Assembly: GCA_030295235.1 (NCBI GenBank)
Contig: AP026146.1
Coordinates: 124,001-188,000, forward strand
Direction of reading: 5' to 3'
Source of the DNA: Fistulifera solaris
Taxonomy: Eukaryota
Length of the DNA stretch: 64,000 bases
In this document: positions 53,010 through 64,000 of the stretch, piece after piece
How the letters are laid out: every line of letters begins with the position of its first letter
Position numbering within the stretch: the first letter of the stretch is position 1
The notes under the pieces: generated by a model
The model's input: only the letters and a program-made list of their open reading frames with translations
Told to the model about the DNA's origin: nothing
Databases searched by the model: none
Position numbers and translations under genes: made by a program

Positions 53010-54269
53010 ATGGCCACCACCATGAAAAAAGCATTTGTCGGAAAAAGCACAGATGCATGGCTTGAAAGAACTCGTAGCGCATGTGGCAAACGAAAGTCGG
53101 ATACAAGTCGGTGACGAAGGGAGGTACGTTTCAGAAATAATAGTTTTGGCCACTGTATGGCACCAATCCGAACACTTCGCCACAATACGAATTTCGTGGT
53201 TTGGTTTGACACGTGCTGTTGTTTGCGTCTCGGTAAATTGATTACCCGGACCCGTTTTTTTGTATCTTGGTGGAGCCAACCAAGCACATCACTTGTACAT
53301 ACACACAATTGCAAATATTGACCCACTTGTTTTCTTTCATAATCAACAAAAATGGATTCACAAATGGACGGCAACCCCTTGATGGAAAATCCTTTTTCCC
53401 TGTACCCATTAGATGGAATATCCCTGAAATAGCGAAGCATTCCGAATGTGGACTCAGCTCAGTATCCGTTTCAACATTGCAAAAGTGCTTACAACCGGTC
53501 TTGGAGGGTCTGAGGCAGATTGACGCTACCGAATTGCTTGGTTTGGAACAAGTGGCTGCTGGTATGGGTCCACAAATCAAAGAAGGGTACGTGTGATGTG
53601 TTTTTTTCTGTCACGTTCGTTGAGAAACGTTGAACGCTCATATTATCATAACTGACGTTACGCAAAACCAGTGTCCATGTGCGCCCTATTCACAATCTCA
53701 TTACTCCGACTTGTTATCCTGGGACGGTTCGATACATCCACCTTTCCGAAGTAGAAGGTCAATATAGCATGGGCGTTTTCATTTTCCCTCCCCTGGCGGT
53801 CATCCCTTTGCACGATCATCCGGGTATGTGTGTTCTCAGTCGTGTTCTCTACGGCGATTTGCAACGGAAGAGTCTCGATTTGGCACGCGAACAACCGGAC
53901 GAGGAACCTGAGACGAGATCATGGATTCCTTGGACGAGATCGGGGAAGCGGCGGAGAGACTCGGACGTTCCGAAAGGCTCCAAACTGGCTTACAGGAATC
54001 GTGTCGACAATTTGCGCGCCCCAGATTGTACCATTTTATTCCCGTTCGAAGGAAATTTGCACGAATTCGTCGCCGGCCCTCATGGTGCGGCAGTATTGGA
54101 CGTACTGCTTCCTCCGTACGATCATCAACACCACCGGGACTGTACATTTTTCGAGATCCGTGAGTGTTCCGACAAATTGGACGGCAATCGAGATAAAGTA
54201 TGGATCACGCCCACCGGTCAACCAGAAAACTTTCACTGCATTTCGGGAAGCTACGATCATCTGGAATGA
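53010..54269 (+). CDS. Cysteine/cysteamine dioxygenase, PCO/ADO family (2 introns; 5' end uncertain)
   Basis: YIHL, MGVFIFPP, IPLHDHPGMCVLSRVLYG, GNLHEF, LDVLLPPY. Confidence 0.85.
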
Positions 54270-54776
54270 CCGAGCAATCCGAATGATCTTCTACGCCATG
54301 TACCTAATCGCACACAATTGAACTTTTAACCTCTTTTATAGTTAAGCTACTCCAGTTGACTTTAAGCAAGATGCTCTTGTTCTAGATGTAACTACAGAGT
54401 ACTAGGTAACCATCAAACTGTCGAGCGACAAAGTAATAGGTGTCACTGATCTATAATTAATAGGCCTAGAGACATTGAGGGCCGTAATGAGACCGTCCGG
54501 CAAAAGGCAGGAAATTATGCACGTACGTCACGATGATGTTCATTCACGGTTGCTCCTTGACTCAAGTCCAAGAGGTGACGTACCGCTACTTAAAAATGTA
54601 CTTGCAGCTAGATAGTTTGAAACTTGAAACGACAGTGTCGTCATTTACGGCGCCTCCAACCTCCAACACATCGTTTGATGAGACAGAAATAATAAGCCAT
54701 TCGATCGACCTCTCGTTGAAGTGCAATTCATTGTTCAGTTTCACCCAATTCTCCTTAATACAACAATAATATAATT

Positions 54777-55495
54777 ATGATTCGATCTGCTCTTCTCTTT
54801 TCCTTGCTTTTCACGATGAGCGCCGCTTGGACGATGACGGGGACATCGGTGTCAGGCTTTCACGGAGCAGTCTTGATGAATCGTATGCCTTCTTCTTCTT
54901 CTTCGTCGTCGTCGTCGTCGTCTCTCACCATGAAGAAAGGAAAATCCAACGTCCCCATGCAAATGCGCGGTCAATACAAAAAGGCACAAGAACTATCGCA
55001 AATGCGTAAGGAAATGATCGCGGCGAGTCAAGCGGGAGATGATGGTTTGCCGGTATTCAATTTGTTTGTGCGGACGAAACGTGGGAATGTAAGTGGAAAA
55101 TACTGGTATATGGAATGAATCATCGATGCAACATTTTTGAAATTCTCATTCTTTTTGTTTGTGACAAGATGTGGTACCCGTGCGGAAGCTTCAAAGGCGA
55201 CGACCGATCCGCGGCCTTGACCAAAAGTTGGGCCGACAATGGTTTGTTGGCCGGTATTAGCAAGAAGCAATTGGATGGAGGTATCGCCGGTAGCTTGTAC
55301 CGTGACTTGGACAAACTGAAAGAAACCATCTTGCGAGCGTTTCCGCAACTTCGTAAAAGTAAAGATGAACTGGAATTTGGGTACAAATTGTCCTTCAAGG
55401 GACTAGATGAAGAGAAGGCCAAAGAAATATTTGTTGTCGAACCCAAGGAGAACAAGGGAGTACTTGACAACATCAAAGATATTTTTAGTGGATGA
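54777..55495 (+). CDS. Plastid HHL1-like protein (intron 55089-55148)
   Basis: Bipartite leader SAAW; LFVRT..WYPCGS, LYRD and LEFGYKL resemble plant HHL1. Confidence 0.65.
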
Positions 55496-56000
55496 ATAGT
55501 GGTGAAGGAGTGTGACAGGAAAGAGAAAGACGTTCCATCGATATAGCTGTTCTAATTTAGCTTGCGCAAGTTTTATTCGTTCGTTTTTGCGTTCACCAGG
55601 AATATCTATGATTTATGATGTGAATAGAAGTATTTTAGCATGGCGTTAGACGATGATAACTATTTTTATGGATAGAAAAGAGAGATTAGATGAATCTGTA
55701 GCCTGCAAGATGTCGAGAAGCAGGTACCAGGTAGGACGCAATAGGCTCCTACAATCAGTAACAGTGCGACGCAGACTTCAAACTACAGTAGGGTTCGAAG
55801 TGAGCTTGACAACCCAGCATTTTCTCCAAGGTTCGGAGCGGATCGACGACCATGATACACAATCAAACTGCCCCGCTGGCGTTGTTTCTCTCATCTTTGC
55901 AATACTTTCCTCGCGCGAAATCATACAGTGTACGAGCCATTGTTGAGGTATTCTATTACCAGTTCATCACAATAGCAAAAAATATATTATAGTATAAATT

Positions 56001-56797
56001 ATGGCATCTTCCGGAGCCGGATACGATTTATCGGCGTCGACGTTCAGCCCCGACGGACGCATCTTCCAAGTCGAGTACGCCTCGAAAGCCGTCGAGAATG
56101 CCGGAACGGTTATTGGCATTAAGGCCTCAAACGGCATTGTCTTGGGCGTCAGCAAACCGTTGTTGCACAAAATGGTGGTACCCAGCACGTGCAGTTACAA
56201 ACGCATTCACTCCGTCGATGAACACGCGGGGATCGCCAGTACCGGCTTTTTGCCCGACGCCCGTCAACTGGTCGGTCGGGCCATCGATGAAGCCGCAAAT
56301 TGGGAAGATCAGTATGGTGTCAAAGTACCACCCGATGTGTTGGCGGATCGATTGGGTTATTTCATGCATTATTACACACTCTCGGGGGGATTGCGTCCTT
56401 TGGGGCTTCGTGCGTGATTGGCGCGTACGATCAAGACACGAAGCAATACAAATTGCACATGGTCGAACCCAATGGCTCGGCGGCGAGTTATTACGGAGTG
56501 GCCACGGGCAAAGGGAAACAAGCGGCGAAAACGGAACTAGAAAAGTTGAATCTGCACAAGGAACCGTGTACGGTAGACGAAGCCGTTCAACATATTGCCA
56601 AGATTCTCACCATGTTGCATCAAGAAAACAAGGACAATGAGGGGAAGCCGTTGGAAATGGAACTCAGTTGGATCTGCGAAGCAAGTAAATACAAACATGT
56701 TGGTGTACCGAAAGCACGAATCGCTGAGGTAAAAGCTTGGGTGCAGGAACAGCTGGAAGAAGAGGATGACGACGAGGAAGAAGCCATGGAAGAATAA
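56001..56797 (+). CDS. PSMA3: 20S proteasome subunit alpha-7 (frameshift near 56400)
   Basis: GAGYDLSASTFSPDGRIFQVEYASKAVE, GKGKQAAKTELEKL, ELSW; acidic tail. Confidence 0.95.
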
Positions 56798-56948
56798 CAG
56801 CTTTACCAACTCATATTACCCATGGATATATTTGGTATATTACTTTAATTTCATGTCTTTGCTGGTATGAAACGTAATACTAGAAATAGCAATGTAAATC
56901 ATGTTTAGTGCACACTTTCGTGTAGATGAGTGCAATACAACACAAAAG

Positions 56949-58448
56949 CTATTCTGTTTTCTTTTCTTCTACGGCAGCCGAAGGTGTGAATTTGCTTTTC
57001 AAACATCCTTGCTGTAGTGCCAGGTCTTCAAAGGTTGTCAATAAGCTGGGTGCCATCGGAACATCCAACGTCAAATCAGGCAAGATTGTATGAAGTCGAT
57101 CGATTCCTTTCTTCACTTGATACTCTGACACGATGGCGTTGCGCACGAGGAAGCCAAATAAGGCCGCCATGGCATCCAGATTCGAATGGGCATCGGGGTC
57201 CCCATCTGCCTTCATGCCGTCTTTTTCCATGGCAGCGAAAACGCCTCGCTTGACCAATTCGTGATGAAAGTGAGCTGCTTCCAGCTCTTTCACACAACGA
57301 GCCGCCTCGTCGAGCTCACAACTGAGCAAGTACTCTTGCAAGAGCTGGTCCATATCCTTCTTGAGATCTTCCACCGGACGGCCGTCACCGGGTCCCCAAA
57401 CTTTCTCTAAACGAGCCGTGCAATGTTCTCGGCTGAGCAAAGTCAAAGCTTTCTCAATTACCAGATCTCCGGGACGATTGTTGTTCTGGTCGGACATGAA
57501 TGCCGGAGGGAGTACCTCGTCCACTACAGCTCGTGCAAGGAACGAAGCTACAATTGTCTGTTTCCCCAACACTATATGAGCTACGAAAATAAAATAATTC
57601 GAACAACCAATACCCTTTTTCCGCCACTTACCGCCGCATCCGGTACATCTGTCTGCAAATCCTCCATGGAATCCAAAAGTTTCTCAAATCCGGTCGTCAT
57701 ATCGGACATGGTCATCGGGGTGGGATGTAAGCAGGTGAGCAAGCGACTGGTCAACTCGCGAGACCGCGAACTCTTGTCGAGCGCCAAACTGACGGCCTTT
57801 TGACAATTTCCGAATGATATTCTTGACAGCCTAGTTCCTCTAAAGTTCGAATCACTTCATCGGTATCGGCGGAATCGTAATACTCGTGAAGACACTCGGT
57901 CAACTGGAGTTTAAATTCACTCAAGGTGAGCAGGGGGCCGTAGACAGCTTTCGACGTTCCCGGATCGTATCCACGTTTCTCGGCAACGTCGGACTCCATG
58001 CTGCTCAGAATGTACCGAGACGAATCCTCGGCTTCATCGTAAATCGGATCCTTCTCGTCAATGGGGTCTTTCTCGGCGTAAGAAGGATCCATCAATTCTT
58101 TCCATTGGCCCTTCCCGTGACCGCCTTGTTTCTTGAAGGCGCTGTTGTAATTACCCGAGTCTTTGTCGGCGGTCTTTTTACGGGTAATGTTTCGTTTCGC
58201 TGTGCCTTCGACGACCTTCGTCTCGTGTTCGCCTTCTTTGGGTTCGGTTGTCTTGGCGATAATCTTGGCGGCCTTGGCTTGAACTTCCGTGGAAATGGCT
58301 CGAATACCTTCACCCGTCGGATTGTGGACTTTTCCCTAGAAACAAGGCACGTGTCAGTGTTTGTTACGGCCGAATTCACGCAAAGGGGGCCAGAGTGACG
58401 TACCATGGTGCTTACAGTAATTTCTGGACGCTTCGCGAATTCGGCCAT
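56949..58448 (-). CDS. PDCD4: PDCD4-like MA3-domain translation repressor (introns about 58335-58403, 57573-57631)
   Basis: KKQGGHGKGQW motif and two MA3 domains (EYYDSAD, FLARAVVDEVLPP, FHHELVKR, DLTLDVP). Confidence 0.88.
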
Positions 58449-58632
58449 GACAAGTAATGATATATTGTGATAATAGCAATTTGAAATGATAAGGGATGCT
58501 TTGAAAATTAATTCTCTTTCTTGTTTCGGTTAGTAGGAGAAGGTAGGATGGTTGATGATGACAATCCACTCACGATCACTCTCGACTTGCGTGTCAAATG
58601 GATCTTGGATCCTCACAAAACTATAAAATTAA

Positions 58633-61600
58633 CCCATATCCGGTCATGATATCCCATTTGGGATATCATACCCCATTTTAGCGAAGATTTCGTTACCTAA
58701 CTTAATCTCTGTTTAACTTTCGAAATCCCCATTTTGATATTGTAATCCTTGTTATTTAAGTAAATTGGTTCTGAAATTTGTTTTTAAATTAGGCAGACAT
58801 TGCAAATCCTATTATCTGCTATATCGAGCACCTCGTCGGCACTTTTTGCTCTGTCTGTCACCCACACAAGGCCCTTTTTCTCATTCCAATATCTCGATCA
58901 CCATGGCGTCTCCTGCAAATCTGGTTGATAATGATCAACAACAACAACCAAAAAAAACGAAAGTGTGGCCTTTGCAAAAGCGAAGGTCATGACAAACGGA
59001 ATTGTCCTGCGCGAAACCGTTTACCAGCCCAAAATTCAGTGCCTGACACGACCGTACATCAAAATGATGTTATTGTGGCACCACCAACACCTCCCATGCC
59101 TGCTTTTGTTCCTCGATTCCCTCCTATACTTAACTGGCAACATATTCTTTATGTTGTATTTGATTTGGAGACCACTGGATTTTCAAAAAAGTTTCACGAA
59201 ATCATTGAATTGTCGGCACAGATTTTGAATCCATCCGGTATTCAAGTCGAAGATGGCCAATTCAGCGAACTTATCCATCCAAGCAAGATGATTTCGGATG
59301 AAATCATTGCATTGACTGGAATAACCAATGATATGGTTAAGAATTCTCCATTGTTCCCAGTTGTTGCAAGAGATTTCATCCATTTCATGCAAAAATGTGC
59401 ATCAGAATCCGACATTCGTGTTGATCACATCGTCCTCGTTAAGCACAATGGGAAACGGTTTGATGTTCCTTTCTTGCTTTCTGAATTGAAAAGATACAAT
59501 CTTGAACATCATATCCTTGAAGATCATAGGTTTGGGTTTGCTATCGACCACGATAGAAATGGCAAAAAAACTGTCTCTCAAAGAAATTTGGCAGCACCGC
59601 CAGCTTACAACCTTGGTTCTCTTTTTCAATATGTCACTGGTGAAAACCCTGACCAAGCGCATCGTGCTTGGTCAGATGTGCAGTCAACAGTCCGTGTATT
59701 TCGCTTTCAGCACTTTTGGTCAATTCGTCTGAGTTGCTTGTTCTTGTTACATCCGAATGCATTGGAAGCTCCCACCACATTGACACTGGATCTGCCTGAC
59801 GACTGGAGGAGGAGGAAGTTTCTTCTGATGAAGAAAGCAAAGTCGGGAAGAATTCACTGATGAATTGATTGATGAAGTCAATAATCAAACGCAGCCTCTT
59901 GGGGATTCTTGGGAAAAGGATGTCATCTTCCAGGCTATGGAGCCGAATCCAATGGAAAGTTTCCGGATCCACCACACAACAGTTGGCAGGAGCGAACGAG
60001 TTATAACGGGTCTGTTGTGCAGTCCCATTGATGTCAACACACCGATTCGTGCCTGGAGGGAAATTTTCAAGAAAACACTACTTGATAGAATAGTGTTTCA
60101 TACGAACGAATACGGAAAGCTACGATCAAAAGATTGGAAGGATGTTACACGGCATGATCTGGAGCAATTCATTGCGGTGTTATTCCTTATGAGTATCCAA
60201 AAGCGAAAAGACAAGCCATCAAACTGGTTCTCAGACGATCCATACCTTGAATGTCAGGCTGCAAAAAACATTATGAGTGGGCGAAAATTCCACAAGATGC
60301 TTCGATTTCTTCACTGTTGCTCTGTAACCAATCAACCAACAGGAGACAATTATGATCCAGCCTATAAGATAGCAGAAGTACGGGACTACCTGGAAGACCG
60401 CTTTTCCAGATTATTTTCACCTGGCCAACAATTGTCACTTGATGAGACTCTCATTCGTGCATTTGGAAGGATGAAGTTCAAAGTGCGCATCATTTCTAAG
60501 TCAGCACGGTACGGGATCAAAGTATATGTGTTGACTGATGCTGAAACAGCATATGTCCTTCGTGTTCTTGTTTACACCGGAAAAGCGACCTAAAAGAACA
60601 TGAATCAGATGAAGTCAACAAAAAGAAAACTGTTCAGGTAGTTGAGAAGCTGGTGAGCCCATTCTTTGGTACTCACAGAACTGTTTATGTGGATCGGTTC
60701 TATACATCAGTTGATCTGATGAAGGCGCTGAAAAAAAATGATATCTATGTGACGGGGACCGTTGTTGCAAACAGACTACCAAAAGATGTGCGACTAGCCA
60801 AGAATTCACCGGTGTTTAAGTCCATGAAAAGAGGAGATGCTATTAAGTTTCGCTTAAAGATGAATGATGGAAGTGGTGGGGTCTTCTATGCTGGTCTGGT
60901 GTGTTGGAAAGACAGTAAAATGGTTTACTGCCTTTCGAATGACAGCAATAATCATGACTTCGATGAGTGTCGGCCGAAGAGTGCAAGGTGGGATTGTTAC
61001 AGTCCCAAGACCAATCTCAATTGCACACTACAACAAATACATGGGGGTGTTGACTTGGCGGATATGCGCCGGTTGCACTGTAACTCGACGGTGATGGGAC
61101 TAAGTCGTTGGTGGTTAAAACTCTTCTTCTATTTGCTGGATGTTGGGACTTCTAATGCTCTTGTCTTGTACAACGAGTCACAGAAGCAAAGAGTCAATGA
61201 TTATAAGCCAACAAATATTGTGGAGTTCAAAGGAAAACTAATCTCCAGTCTTGCAGGAGAGATGTCTGGAAATGAACCGAATGTGGCAATGGCAGGACAT
61301 AGGGCTGAGAAGATTCCTAATGACCAGAGATCCAAATGTGCCTATTGTTCCATTCAAGGAAAGGACAGTAGGTCAAGGTACAGATGTGAAACTTGTGGAA
61401 TTCCCCTTTGTTCTGTTTTCAATGGTAAGAGTGATCACGATTGCTTCAGTGAGGCTCATAAAAATGAGGATGTGAGACAGTTGACACTTGCCCATTACAA
61501 GAAGATGCAGACAACAACAAACAACAGAGGAAAGAAAAAAAATTAAAATTAGTAATCTATATATAGTCAACTCACTATTCGGTGACTTTCAATGGAAACA

Positions 61601-61758
61601 ACCAATGATATGTTAGTTTTGCAAAGGTTTATAACTTAAGATCCATGATTTCATAGCATCATTAGTACATTTGCGTAGAAACAGTACCAGGTATAATTAC
61701 AGTTTCTGACCGGTACTGATATCCCATATGGGATATCAGGGGGGTGATCGGATATCGG
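58633..61758 (+). mobile_element. piggyBac-superfamily DNA transposon
   Basis: TTAA at 58629-58632 and 61759-61762; TIRs CCCATATCCGGTCA / CCGATATCCGATCA (12 of 14); subterminal palindromes; transposase inside. Confidence 0.95.
58903..61546 (+). CDS. Zn-knuckle + DEDDh exonuclease + piggyBac DDD transposase + Cys-rich domain (frameshifted, probably one protein)
   Basis: CGLCKSEGHDKRNC; VFDLETTG, HNGKRFD, HRAWSD; SLDET, YVDRFY, GGVDLAD; CAYC...CETC...C...CF...H. Confidence 0.85.
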
Positions 61759-62327
61759 TTAATACAAATTCGCTCTTCGCATAAAACGCTCGATCGTTTT
61801 GCGCTTCGTTGTGACCGAATGTCATGTTCTGTTGCGGTGACACTTTTCTATCTCCTTTTGAGTAGAATTGGAGTCGTAGTACGACTTTCTGACGTAATAC
61901 GAAGGCTTCGACCGAAATTCGCCTTCGTGCGCGGCATGAGCGCGGCACGTTAAAGCTTATAGAATATAGGATCCGAACACCGCACCCTGACTTTGTCAAA
62001 TTCGAGTGAATTGAGCGAGATTAGGGTCACTTTAGACTAGTTAAAGCGATAAATTGTATAAGTCTACCGAATGCATGTGTTAGTCGAACTTAAAAGCCGC
62101 ACCCACAAGAGATAAAACAAAAAGCGATTCATTCAGATGTCACCGACGAGGAGAAAGTCGAAGTAACACCCTGTCCATCCAAAGTGCAAAGCATTATGCG
62201 CACTATCAATGTTTGCCGATGAGACTAGTAACACAGAAAAGAATAAAAAGGTGGAGAGAAACGTATCGCATTAAATAATCCGATAGGAAAAAAGTCTCCT
62301 CGCTCTTCGCTTTGTATATACGACTCC

Positions 62328-62846
62328 TTACTCGTCCGTCGAACCGTCATCCAACTCGTTCCATTTGCCTTTGCCTCCGCCTCCTCCGCCTTGTTTCTTG
62401 TCTTTGCGGTTGGGATCATGATCATGCTTTCGTTGAATGTTTCGCTTGGCGGAGCCTTCTTCTCCGACCACGGTTTCGGGAATGTCGAGTTTGCCCTTGT
62501 GGTGCTCTTCTCTGCAAGAAATTGCGAAGGAAACATAAAATGAGCTAGTGAGAATATAAGGAATCGAATAAGGAGAAACATAAGCAACGGCTTTCACACG
62601 AAGGTGATATTGAAATTGACTTAAAAATCATGTACCCCCGTTCTCAGAAAAGATCCAATTGCAAAACCTGCACCCGAAATTTGTGATTGCTCTCTTAACA
62701 AGCTGCTGCAACATCAGTCGTGAACATTCGAAAATGTCCACCCCCTGTCGTGTACAATCTTTCGGCCGCATCGTGTCATCCGTGCGAAACAGGAACCCAT
62801 TGTTGCATCCAAGTGCACCGCCGACTTACTCTTTAGGGTGTACCAT
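62328..62846 (-). CDS. Spliced 66-aa protein resembling the PDCD4 N-terminal motif (exons 62846-62830, 62511-62328)
   Basis: ATGGTACACCCTAAAGA|GTAAGT ... TTGCAG|AGAAGAG is phase compatible; similar to neighbouring PDCD4 N-terminus. Confidence 0.6.
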
Positions 62847-63400
62847 ATTGATGAATTTTAACTTTTTATACAGCAGGTGATGATTTGGTTAGGGTTGTAA
62901 AAAACTTGGGTTGTTTTCGAGAATTATGGATCTTGATGATAGAGATGTATGTCATCCAGCGCCTCTCCCACAACAAGATCGCCGTCGCGTGATGGTCTCG
63001 TTCGAAGCGAACTGTTCTTTCTCACGTGTACCTACACAATGGTAAATTTTGTACGTACGCGTGGAAGCCGAGAGAAAAATGCGAAGCTTCTACGGACGAA
63101 CGAACGATCCATTTTCAGTCATGCGTCAGCTGGTCTTGGCGACGCACAGACCGAAAACCCGCTGTACCGATTGTTCGTCGACCGACGACGACGACCATGG
63201 AGAAAACAAAGCTGTAATGCCCGTCGTGATCTCTTTCTTATGGCTTTGTTTGAGGTTCGTAAAAGCGTCAAAAGCTTTGGTTGAGATTTACAAGCCTCTG
63301 TAAGAAATACTAGCATTCACCCGAGCCACGCAATCCAGGAAAGGGTTTTTTATTAATCCATTGCAACAACAACACTCGTGGTTGTCCGAATTGTTTCATC

Positions 63401-63989
63401 ATGAGTCAAACGAATCAAAACAGCCATAATACACCACCACGACCGGGAAGAAACAGCAATACAGCACCTCGCAATACTCCTGTACAACTGCATGCCGATT
63501 CGGGTGTCCCTCATGGTCATGTGCCGGCTTATTTACCCGGATCCGCTAGTTTAGTCGAAGAACTCGATCAACCCGTTTTGGTGGTATTGAGAGACGGAAA
63601 GCATCTCGTTGGGGTGAGTTTTAAATGAAGAATAGCTATCTCTTGAACAAAATCCATTTCGTCTGGACCGCATGGCTCAAACCCGCTTTCGCTTTTTTTC
63701 TCTTTCCCCTGTTGCCTGAAAGACACTTTGTTCCTACGATCAATACAGCAATCTTGTATTGGGGGATGCCGTCGAACGAAGAATTGTGGTAGAAGATGGA
63801 AGAACGCTCTATACCGACATTCCTCTGGGGTTGTATGTCGTGCGGGGAGATACAGTGGTGATACTAGGACAGATTCCCTCGACGGCCAATCCACAATGGA
63901 TGCAACCGGTCACGGTCGAAGAGATCAACGAACGAATGGAACAAACGACGTCGTTGCAGTGGGACTTTGACAATGATCTGATAGCGTAA
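63401..63989 (+). CDS. LSM1: Sm-like protein LSM1 (intron 63614-63722)
   Basis: ASLVEELDQPVLVVLRDGKHLVG-TLCSYDQYSNLVL...GLYVVRGDTVVILG. Confidence 0.9.
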
Positions 63990-64000
63990 TTGATAATGAA

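Noticed and set aside
62889..62896. TTAGGGTT telomere-like motif
   Set aside because: Single unit, expected by chance

Overview
Gene-dense eukaryotic window, almost certainly from a pennate diatom: short GT-AG introns, bipartite plastid-targeting leaders, CoDi-like Copia elements and METE. It holds about 20 ordinary nuclear genes (SFC1-type carrier, NDUFB8, MFSD5/MOT2, plastid GPAT, cytochrome b5 reductase, a Zn2Cys6 factor, METE, SCP2, SCYL, PA-TM-RING, AlaRS, PA2G4, PCO/ADO, HHL1-like, proteasome alpha7, PDCD4-like, LSM1). The accessory content is three CDC20-like APC/C co-activator copies (one LTR-disrupted, one chimeric, one in an inverted duplication), two full-length Copia LTR retrotransposons and a TTAA-flanked piggyBac. 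Most notable: (1) one Copia has no tRNA PBS but a perfect self-complementary PBS, suggesting Tf1-like self-priming; (2) the other has a PBS matching the anticodon arm of tRNA-Asn, suggesting half-tRNA priming; (3) the piggyBac transposase is preceded by, and probably fused to, a Zn-knuckle and a DEDDh exonuclease; (4) the METE promoter carries a repeated 14-nt motif; (5) a spliced 66-aa microprotein consists only of the PDCD4 N-terminal motif. Single-base frameshifts occur even in essential genes, so most are probably long-read consensus errors. All identifications are by eye and from memory of the families; no searches were run.
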